Assembly (NCBI GenBank): GCA_951406725.2
Contig: OX597828.1
Location: 54,746,001-54,810,000, forward strand
Origin: Octopus vulgaris
Lineage: Eukaryota
DNA: 64,000 bases
Reading direction: 5' to 3'
Of the stretch, positions 53,261 through 64,000 are shown one piece after another. The translations under genes were made by a program, and so were the position numbers. Each line of letters opens with the position of its first letter. Position 1 is the first letter of the stretch. The notes beneath the pieces are model-generated. The model searched no databases. It worked only from the letters and a program-made list of their open reading frames with translations, and was not told the origin of the DNA.

Positions 53261-53691
53261 TCCTTATTCCCTCCTTCCCCCAGCATAAAGTATATTGTAC
53301 TGTTTTACTTCTTTTGTATTAGTTATAAATAGTATATTTGAAAACAGTAGTAGAAATTATAAGTTTATAATGAGGCGACTTAATAAAGCATGGACGATTT
53401 TCAGTTGTAGCTACATCGCTTACGCTGTTAATGTAACTGGGAAAGGCATGAATGTTATAAATTCTATTCCACTTCTGAAGCTAATGATCTCTGTTCCGCC
53501 AATGGACGAACGTCCTAAATCAGTAAACCAGAGATTTACCCTTATTTCACCACGAATCCACCCCACAAAGAGCAATCATAACTGCTGTTCTTTGTATCAA
53601 TGATCCTTTCTATTGATTATCATTTGCATCGACCTTCATTGCTTGTCATTTTTATCGATTATCATCTATATCGATTGCCGTTTGTATAGAT

Positions 53692-53899
53692 CGGTGATGG
53701 CGAACCACTTTTATTCTGGAGTTCCCGAAATTTAATATTTAATTTTATAATCCTGTTTTTTTTTTTTTTCTTTTTGAGTGCCTCATCTATTTTAGTTTGA
53801 GGTAAGTTGTTATAGTAAATATTTTATAACATGATAATAAAAGAAGGCATTTTTTTTTCAGAGTCCCTCGATGCGTCGCTGCTGATACGTCTGTCACTG
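53692..53899. mobile_element. possible old hAT/Charlie-type MITE
   Basis: Begins CGGTGATGGCGAACC and ends ..CTGTCACTG, interrupting a TCGATT-rich tract. No TSD found. Confidence 0.35.
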
Positions 53900-54621
53900 A
53901 TTTTGCCATAATTGCTATTGATTATCAGTTTTATCGATTATCATTTCGTTTGTATTGTTATTTGTATTGATTGTCTCGATTATATTGATCTTTCTTTGCA
54001 TCGATTAACTTTTGTATCGAAAATTGATTGCGTGGATTGTAGGGTTTTTTTTTATAGAAGAAGAAGAAGAACAACAACAACAGCAACAGCAGTAGCATCA
54101 AAGGTGGGAGAAAGGAGAAGAGGAAGAGAGAAGTAGAGGAGGAGGGGCGAGGGGGAGGAGGGGGAGGAAGGGCTGAAAGGGAGGAGAAAGAAGAGGAGGA
54201 AGAAGACGAGGTGGAAGAGGAGCAAGAAGAAGAAGAAGAAGAAGAAGAAGAAGGAGGAGGAGGAGGAGAAGGAGAAGAAGACGAGGAGATGGTGGTGGTG
54301 GTGGTGGTGGTGGAGGAGGAAGTACTACGTTGATTCAAACGATTTATGAGGTACCAGGGAGCGAGAAGGGGATGCCAAAGGTTCATTAAACAAACCAAAT
54401 GTTTCGTTAGATTGGAAATGCTGCGATGAAAATCTTCTCATCGGCCTCGGAGAGCGACAACATGAAAGTATTCTGCCGTGTGATTCTAGAAATCCAGGAA
54501 TGGCAATCAAATTCTTTAATGTATATTATAATTACAATGCTGCGGACCGAGCTGCGTGTTGTGTTCTTGAGCAAGACACTTTATTTCAAATACTCTTTAT
54601 TTCGTATATATACATATATGT

Positions 54622-54765
<144 letters not shown>

Positions 54766-55397
54766 TTCTGCCCAGTACTCCCAAGCAGCAAAGTCTGGCA
54801 ACAGGCTTGACACTAGGCTGAAGAAAAAAGCCAGAACAATCTGCAGATTAAATACACTCTCTGCCAAGTTCCACGCATAAAAGTAATTTAATGTAGATTG
54901 CAAGTTCTACATCAAGGTGACTGACATTGAGTACTGGGTTACGTCGTCTCAAGGACAAGCTGTTCTTTAGGGTGGATCAATCGCATTGTTCAGATAGAAT
55001 CGAAATAAAATATAAGTCAAGTTCACCCTGAAGAAGCGACAACTAACAATAAGTGCACATAAAAATGCAAAATTTTCAGTGTGCATTAGTTGCTGCACAA
55101 AAATGTGTAGGTGCAGAAATGAAAGGAAAGAAAATGTAATTAATTGCTAAATAAAACTGGATATAAATCTCTATTCTTCTTTATTAAAAATATTTTATTT
55201 TCTCTGCCGAAAACATGCAGTCTCTATGGAGACGTATGAGTTTACTGATGTGAACATTGACTGATGTTAGTAAATCAAACTAACTGGAGTTTTTCATACA
55301 CTCACTACGGTTATCCAGCATTAATAACCGGCAGAAGCAACTACGGTGCTCACTCGGATTCTATATCCTTACCACCCAAAATTCGGAAATTTATTTT

Positions 55398-55452
<55 letters not shown>

Positions 55453-55914
55453 AGAGAGAGAGAGAGAGAGAGAGACCAAAGTGTACATACGCCGCTATAT
55501 ATTTTTATATATAAACAATGGGACAAGTACGGGTCATTCGGAGGTTTCTTTCCTCAGTCGAGTTCCAGATTATCGTTGCAATTTCGGCTGTTTATACTCG
55601 AGATTGCTCCAATCTGGCCAGCCCCAATGAAAACTAAGCGAAGAACAGTAGATTCCTTTGAAGAAAGCAGCGAATGTATACGAAAACAAAGACGGAAAAC
55701 AACGGAGAATGTTACACAAATACAAATAACAGGACATAACAACAGGTGTCTTTCGACTAAGGACGAATTAAATTAAGCTGGCATGTGTGGAAGTAAAGCC
55801 TTACGGCAGAGACACATAATTTCACTAGCACAGGGAGGAATATAGATGTTGCACGGATGGTCGTCGAACCAAGAAAGAAAGGTCAGGTTTCGCCGAACAC
55901 CTGACGCGTGGGGA

Positions 55915-56170
55915 GAGAAGAGAGAGAGGTAGAGGCAGAGAGACAGAAGAAATAAGGAGGGGCGAGAAAAAATGACAAGGACACAGTGAAGTGAAAAGAG
56001 GAGGGAAAGTGAGCATGAAGGGGAGGCCAGGAAATGTGGGAGAGGTTGAAACAAAACAACGAAGAGTGGAATGAACGAAGTAAGCGTTTCACTTCACTGT
56101 GTCCCTGTCATTTTTTCTCGCCCCTCCTTATTTTTTCTATCCCTCTGCCCCTCTCTCTCTCTCTCTCTGC
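55915..56170. repeat. inverted repeat, about 70-bp arms, 90-bp spacer
   Basis: AAATAAGGAGGGGCGAGAAAAAATGACAAGGACACAGTGAAGTGAAA versus TTTCACTTCACTGTGTCCCTGTCATTTTTTCTCGCCCCTCCTTATTT. Confidence 0.92.
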
Positions 56171-56176
56171 CTCTCA

Positions 56177-56269
<93 letters not shown>

Positions 56270-56272
56270 ATA

Positions 56273-57175
56273 CGAGGTCTGATCAATAAGTATCCAGACT
56301 ATTGCCATAGTAACAAAGCTAAAGCATGCAGAGTGAAGCTGCTTCACAAAGATTGTCGTTAAACTCTGATGTGCATGCACAGTAAATTTTAACGTTCTAA
56401 CTCACTTCCGCTGTTTACACCACTGCTTGGAAGGAAGGTGTGTAGCGTGTGATCATCGCGTTGACCATGACAAAGAAAGTTGTCATGGCTATACCTGCTC
56501 ATAGGCCTACGCAAAGTTGCAGAAAGTATATGGAGAGGAGCGTGCGTGTCACACACAAGTATGGGAGTGGTTCAGACGCTTCCAACAAGGCCGAAAAACT
56601 TACGATAGCGACGAACGTTCTGGGAGACCCGCAACTAGCAGTACTGAGAAAAACATTGCAGATGTGAGCGCAGCTGTGAAAGGAAATCGTCGAATCCCCA
56701 TCTGTGAGTTATCAGAGGATGTCCAGATTAGTTATGGTACAGTTCCGATCATTATCCCTGAATATTTGAGCATGAGACCCCTGTCTGCCAAAATTGCTTT
56801 CAGCTTACCAAAAAGAAAAAGAAAGAAAGAAAGAGACTCTCGGGTTTCAGTCGCACAAGATCTCCTTGATTGTGTCGAGAACGATGAAAACTTTTTGAAA
56901 ACTTTGCTAAGACCTCTAAACAGGTATCGCCAAGCTTTTGGCAAAATTTGATGCAGATTATCTGCTAAACTTTCTCTGGCATGGTCAATGCGACGATCAC
57001 ACGCTACACACCTTCCTTCCAAGCACTGCTGTAAACAGCGGAAGTGAGTTAAAACGCTAAAGCTTTGTGCGCATGCACAACAGAGTTCAAGGTCAATCTG
57101 TGCCTAGCGGCTTCACGCTGCGTGTTCAGCTTCGTTACTATAGTTACAGTCCGGATAATTATTGATGAAACCACG
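56273..57175 (+). mobile_element. rearranged mariner with two 5' ends (long inverted repeats)
   Basis: TA-flanked. Arms of about 230-260 bp are reverse complements and both include the ATG. Interior encodes QKVYGEERACHTQVWEWFRRFQQGR..DERSGRPAT (HTH region); no catalytic domain. Confidence 0.9.
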
Positions 57176-57197
57176 TATGTGTATGTATGTATGCATG

Positions 57198-57467
<270 letters not shown>

Positions 57468-58307
57468 GACCTAACTAGACTGGTGCCTAACTGCGTCGGT
57501 AAAAATTGTATTTATTGATATGAGTGTATATGAATGCTTTATATTTATATATATATATATATGCATGTATACACGTGAGTGTGTGTGTGTAATTAATCAG
57601 ATTGAATAGGAACAATATCAATGCAGCTGCTACGTTATACATTTAATCTTCTTAACTTCCATCATTGACAGATTTATTAATGACGAAAATTAAGCTCCTT
57701 AAATTTTCAATATTTTTTTGTCATAATTTTTTATCTTTTTTTCTTTTTTGTTGTTATGTTTGTTGTTTCTTACAAGCTGGCTTTCATTTCGTTTACATTG
57801 TAATGTCGTCTGGTTTGTTGGGTATATCGTTGGTTGATTAAATGTTTGGCTCAATGTTAAGTCGATATTGTTTGTTTGTTTTCTTTGTTTTGGGTGGGTT
57901 GGTTGGTCGATTGGCTGGTTGGTTGATTGCTATTTTAAAAGGTGAGAATATAGCAGAATCTGTAGAACACCCCACAAAATTGTTTTACACTATTTGATTA
58001 CGTTATTTTCCGTGATTCAAAACTAAAATAATACCAAATATTTCCCTTAGCTCAGCCTTCTAGAGTGTTTATCAAAAGGTGGAGGAGAATGGCAAGACTG
58101 GTGAGACTGAATGGATCTACTCCGAGTATACTTTTCTTTAGGAGTGTAGTTAGGAAGCATGCTTCTTACCTCACTGCCACGCCTATACATACACACATGC
58201 ATGCATACATACATAAATACATACATACATACATACATACATACATACATACATACATACATACATACATACATACATACATACATACATGCATACATAC
58301 ATACATA

Positions 58308-59926
58308 CAATTGCGGCCAAAATGTTCAGAACGGCATTGTTTTCGTCAGAAAAGTAAGTATAAGTTTTTATCAAAGTTGTTTTATATTCTATAATTTTCA
58401 CAATATTAATTGTTATTGTCTGAGATTTTGGTGTAATTTGAGAGGATAATACAAAAGTTATGGATGATTTAGTGATTTACTGCAAAACCTATGGCGCCCA
58501 AAATGATCAGAACGGTTGAAAAAATAACAAAATAATAAAAAATGACAGAGAATACTGGAATTATTTAATATTTAGTGTGAAGCCCTTTAGCTTCAATCGC
58601 ACTCTGACATCTTCGACTGCATGAGGAAATTAAATTTTCAATTTCTTGCTGGGGTGATCTTATTCCATTCTTCCTGAAGGGAATTCCATAATTGCTCAGT
58701 TGTTTTAGGATTTCTGGCTTTCGAACGTTCTCCTAGAATATTCCATACATTTTCAATAGGATTGAGATCTGGGCTTTGAGCAGGCCAATCCATAACAATA
58801 ACCTTTTCAGCCTTGAAGAAGTCCATGACCACCTTAGCCTTGTGACATGGGGCATTGCCCTGCATGAATATGGGTGGTCGCTTAGTTGAATTTCTCAGCA
58901 CAGGCAAGACGTGATCTTTTACAAGTTGTTTATAAACTCCTGCATTTACCTTTCCATGTAATCACACCAAAGGGCCCACACCATCTCCAGATATCATCCC
59001 CCAAACCATGACACTTCCTCCACCGAATTTAACACTAGTCTTAAGGCGTTTAGGCGACAATTTTTCACCTACTTTTCTACGAACGTACCTTTTCCCATCT
59101 GAGCCAAATAACATAAACTTAGATTCATCACTGAAATGCACCGTTTGCCTTTTTCTTGAGACCACAACACATGTTCGGTTGCAAAGGTAAGGCGACACTT
59201 TTTTATTCTTGGAGCTGATCAGTGGCTTCACTGCAGGTGCTCTTGCTTGTAGGTCATGTTCAACTAAACGACGAGACACAGTTTTTCGAGATAAAGTTTT
59301 CTTCAATACAATGCTCATTTTCCGAGAAACAGCAGCAGCAGTTTTAAATATGTCCTTTTAAACCAAATTTACCATAGCACGTTCTTCTCTCTTGGTCGTT
59401 TTTCTTGGCCTACCTTTAAATTTTCTTGCTTCACACGAACCACAATCATCGTAGACCTTAAGAATACCGTGTACAACACTTTTTGACTTGTTAACAATCT
59501 TTGCAATAGATCCAATACTTAAATTATCCTTCCTTCGAAGCTTAATAATCTGCTGACGAATTGGTAACGGAGTAAGTGGCATTATATTAACAAAGTACAC
59601 TGCAAATATTCTTACTAATGTTTAGTAAACGACCCGTCACGTAAACAAATTCAAAACATTAGAGTTCGCCGGTTAAATATACTAAAACACGGAGTAAAAG
59701 CAACCGTTCTGATCATTTTGGCCGCCATAGGTTTTGCAGTAAAATCACTAAATCATCCATAACTTTTGTATTGTCCTCTCAAATTACACACAAACATACA
59801 TACATACAAATACATATCGTATTTATTGTCTGTGAAAATTATAGAATATAAAACAACTTTGATAAAAAAAGTATATCTACTTTTCTGACGAAAACAATGC
59901 CGTTCTGAACATTTTGGCCGCCACTG
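58308..59926 (-). mobile_element. near full-length Tc1-like transposon with IR/DR-type long TIRs
   Basis: TIRs 58308-58518 and 59701-59926, each with outer and inner CCAAAATG(T/A)TCAGAACGG repeats; TA TSD; about 1.62 kb. Confidence 0.95.
58565..59582 (-). pseudogene. Tc1 (DD34E) transposase pseudogene
   Basis: MPLTPLP..GRPRKTT, FSDESKF, VMVWGMISGDGVGPL, FMQGNAPCH (second catalytic D mutated to G), WPAQSPDLNPIENVW, KGLHTKY*. Several frameshifts. Confidence 0.93.
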
Positions 59927-60127
59927 TACATACATACATACATGCATACATACATACATACATACATACATACATACATACATACATACATACAAACATA
60001 CATACATACATACATGTACGTATGAATGAATATATTTATATCTATATCTATTTATTTACTTTTGTCTCTCTTTCTCTCTCTCTCTCTACACACACGCACA
60101 TCTATTTGGCTGTCTGTCTGTCCCCCG

Positions 60128-60216
<89 letters not shown>

Positions 60217-60244
60217 TAGATATACTACTTGACTACACACGCAC

Positions 60245-60287
<43 letters not shown>

Positions 60288-60945
60288 ATACATATATATA
60301 TGTATACATAGATAGATACATACATACATATATGGCATAATAAGAGATAATACAAATGACAAGAGAAGAAGAAATTATGCAACGTACTCATAGTTGAGTG
60401 CTTGTGTGTCACTTTATAGCTTCGTCGGAGCTTCAAAAATGAAGAGCAATTTTATTTCGGATGTCATTTATATAAATGGAAAACCTCACCAAAACGTAGA
60501 ATCGAGTTTGAAGGGGAAAAGCTATTCCCAGAAATATGTAGATATAGAGAACTCTGTGTATGTGCTTAAGAATTTCGCTATATAAACTTGAAGTCTAGAG
60601 TTCTATGTGTATCTTTGACAAATGTCTTCTATCTTAACTTTGGTCACTCAAGCCTTGACGGAAAGTATCTGGCTGTGTGCATGTGCGTGCGCACATGCCT
60701 GTGCTTGCGCGCGTGTGATTGTGTATGTGTTTGTGAGTGCTAAAGTGCGCGCTGTAAAGGAAAATGGGTACGCTTCTGACAAATCGATATCGCATGGCTC
60801 TCTTAAATTCGATTGGATAGAAAACTATTCCAGCTTTCTTGCATGAGAATCCCACAAAACGTATAGTTCCCGTCTCAATTTATCCGCCTGAAATAAGTGA
60901 TGCAGATCAATTTATATATATATATCGTGCTTAGTACTTTAGCGA

Positions 60946-61190
60946 AGGCGCATGGCTTAGTAGTTAGATCGTTAGACTCACAATCATGAGGTAGTGAGTT
61001 CTATTACCGGACCAGGTTGTGTGTTGTGTTCTTGAGCAAGACACTTTATTTCGCGTTGCTCCAGTTCCCTTGAATAACATCGTTGGCGTGGAGAGCAGAG
61101 ACTGGTATCCATGAGCGACTGCTGGTTTTCCATAAACAACTTTACCCGGACCTGTTCTTATAGTCATTCATGACCGAAGGGGGGTCTTTT
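60946..61190 (+). mobile_element. family B SINE with internal deletions
   Basis: Head, CORE-like segment and GTCATTCATGACCGAAGGGGGGTCTT tail. Confidence 0.85.
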
Positions 61191-61550
61191 AGTACTTCAG
61201 CATTGAGTTGCGTTTTGTCCAAGACATTCTATCCAAGATATTCTTAAAAGTCTTTTTTATACTCCTTCCTCAAAGACCTATAATCTATTCGACAACACTT
61301 CTGTTTATGCCAACATTTTATCTCCCTGTTTTAATGTGGCTTACTCCAGAATTTTTGCATTTTTTTCCTGTTTTCCACGTCGGTGTTTTTTCATCAAGCG
61401 TTTTCAAACGACTTTCCTGCTATCTCAGCCCTTCTCAACACATGCCTTCTAATATTAGTTTCAAATCTTGGCACAAAGCCATCAAATTCGGAGGAGGGGT
61501 AAGTCGTTTACATCGACCCCAGTACTCGACTGGTATTTATTTTACTGATA

Positions 61551-61874
61551 GGAGCACTCCGTCGGTTACGACGACGAGGGTCCCAGCTGATACGATCAAC
61601 GGAACAGCTTGCTCGTGAAATTAACGTGCAAGTGACTGAGCAATCCACAGACACGAGTACTAACATAGTTCTCAGGGAGATTCAGCGTGACACAGGGTGT
61701 GACAAGGCCGGCCCTTTGAAATACAGGTACAACTCATTTTTGCCAGCTGAGTGGACTGGAGCAACGTGAAATAAAGTGTCTTGCTCAAGGACACAACGCG
61801 TCGCCGAGAATCGAGCTCACGACCTTACAATCGTCAGTCGAATGCCCTAACCACTAAGCCACGCGCCTTCACAA
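61551..61874 (-). mobile_element. CORE-like SINE (family B head, different tail) inserted in a family A SINE
   Basis: 13-bp TSD TATTTTACTGATA (61538-61550, 61875-61887); host family A sequence resumes on both sides. Confidence 0.88.
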
Positions 61875-62052
61875 TATTTTACTGATACCCAATGAATGAA
61901 AGGCAAAGTCACCCTCGGAGGCATCATTTCATATAGTCATGCGTGTACGTGTGTATGTCTGTGTGCGCGCGTGTGTGTGTGTGTGAGTTTCATTAAGAGG
62001 GAGCCCTCTGCGTGGTCGCCTGATATGCTAAAGATAACAGGCAAACATTATT

Positions 62053-62278
62053 ACTCTCTCTTTACTTGTTTCAGTCATTTGACTGTGCCCATACTGGAGC
62101 ACCGCCTTTAGTCGAGCAAATCGACCCCAGGACTTATTCTTTGTCAGCTTAGTACTTATTCTATCGGTCTATTTTGCCCGAAGCTACAGTAGAAGACACT
62201 TGCCCAAAGTGCCACGCAGTGGGACTGAACCCGGAACCATGTGGTTGGTAAGCAAGCTACTTACCACACAGCCACTCC
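62053..62278 (-). mobile_element. internally deleted family C SINE with 18-bp TSD
   Basis: TAACAGGCAAACATTATT at 62035-62052 and 62279-62296. Confidence 0.9.
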
Positions 62279-62644
62279 TAACAGGCAAACATTATTGTCT
62301 AAGATAAGAAAAAGACAGAATTAATAAAGTAGTCTTTGATATACTGGAAAAGGACGGAATGGCTACCTTCCGGAATGTTTTTGATCATAGATTTTTGCTT
62401 GATGAATGCTGATTTGCAATTAATCATCATCAACAACAACAACAACAACAATAACAACAACAACATGTTTCTTGTTTGTTTTCTTTTTGTATGTTATTAC
62501 TCAGCATAAACGATTATGTTTGCGTTCCCACGAGAGAAATATTGAAATACGTCGTTCCTTCACTTGAGAAGCAAGAAACCACTTCCTGCAATGTCTCTGC
62601 AAGAGACTTTTCATCAGAGTTTCTTTTTCATTGCTGATGTTGCT

Positions 62645-62696
<52 letters not shown>

Positions 62697-63179
62697 TTTA
62701 TTATCACAAAACGTACACCGGAAGTATAAAAATTTTTTCTGCTTACTGAAAGTGGAAACCAAAGTATTGGCCAACACATATCTGATTCAATATGAACTAG
62801 CAGTGACCGTGAAACACCACACGGAAACTTCGTGCAGTATTTCGTTTCGTCTCTCAGCACCCTGAGTTCAAATCTCACCAGGACCGCATTTAACTTAATC
62901 TCTTTCTATTTCTCCCCACTCTTCGGGGTTGAGGAAGGGAAACATTACAGCACGGCGATATACAATTGATTTCCTTTTACCCCGAACAAAATACTCGTTT
63001 TCCGCCAACGTAACAAGAAATCTGTTGGGAACTGTAAGTTAATATAGTTATTTTTGAAGCCAAAATATTTTCTCTGCCTTTTTTCTGCAAAGAAAACGAA
63101 TGAATTTTAATCGGATTTACGTATACACACGCACACGCGCGCGCTCTCACAATATAGATAATAATAATTCCTCATAATT

Positions 63180-63579
63180 ATGGCACAAGGCCAGTAATTC
63201 GGTAGTTAGGGTAAGTAGATTACGTCACCCCAGTACTCAACTGGTACTTATTTTATCGATCCCAAAAGAATGAAAAGCAAAGTCGACCTAGGCAGAATTT
63301 GAACTAAGAACGCACAGACGGATGGAATACCGCAAAGCATTTTGCGTGGCGTTCTAGCGATTCTACCAGCTTGTCAACTTAATAATCCTTTCTGATATTT
63401 GGGAGAGCGAGCTAGTCGATTAGATAGACCCCAGTACGCAATTGGTACTTAATTTATCGACCCCGAAAGGATGAAAGTGAAAGTCAACTTCGGCGGAATT
63501 TGAAATCAGAATGTAAAGACGGGCGAAATACCGCAAAACATTTCGTCCAGCGTGCTTCCGATCCTGCCAGCTCACCGCC

Positions 63580-63580
<1 letters not shown>
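63180..63580 (-). mobile_element. two tandem family A SINEs
   Basis: Family A modules occur twice. Confidence 0.85.
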
Positions 63581-63857
<277 letters not shown>

Positions 63858-64000
63858 CCCCTCTTTATTAGCCACAAGGGCCGACAAAAATAAGATTAGA
63901 CATTATAAAACATGAGAACAAAGTGGGGTTGCATAAGGTGTCGCGTAAAAAGTCAATAACAATGAAAAATATAACAAAGAAAATCCTAAAAGAGGCAAGC
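63858..64000 (-). mobile_element. putative 3' end of a LINE running out of the window
   Basis: Minus strand: T-rich UTR-like sequence ending GGCCCTTGTGGCTAATAAAGAGGG-(ATT)n. Confidence 0.45.

Overview
Repeat-saturated, AT-rich animal (eukaryotic) DNA with no host protein-coding gene I can support. Nearly all listed ORFs are microsatellite read-throughs. The repeat repertoire suggests an octopus/coleoid cephalopod intron or gene desert (inference from recalled SINE families, not from a search). Contents: at least five SINE-like families (dozens of copies, some nested with clear target-site duplications); an hAT transposon with an 8-bp TSD; a near full-length IR/DR-type Tc1 element; several mariner derivatives; a long-TIR foldback element; fragments of RTE, RTE-X-like, R4/Dong-like and Penelope retroelements; and very long di-, tri- and tetranucleotide tracts. 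Most interesting signals: (i) several Penelope-type minimal hammerhead ribozyme motifs, one fused to an inverted copy of itself; (ii) two R4/Dong-like 3' ends abutting the (TAA)n tails of the same SINE family; (iii) a mariner with two 5' ends; (iv) SINE tails resembling a putative LINE 3' end at the window edge. I found no convincing wholly new biological system. Coordinates of degenerate copies are approximate.
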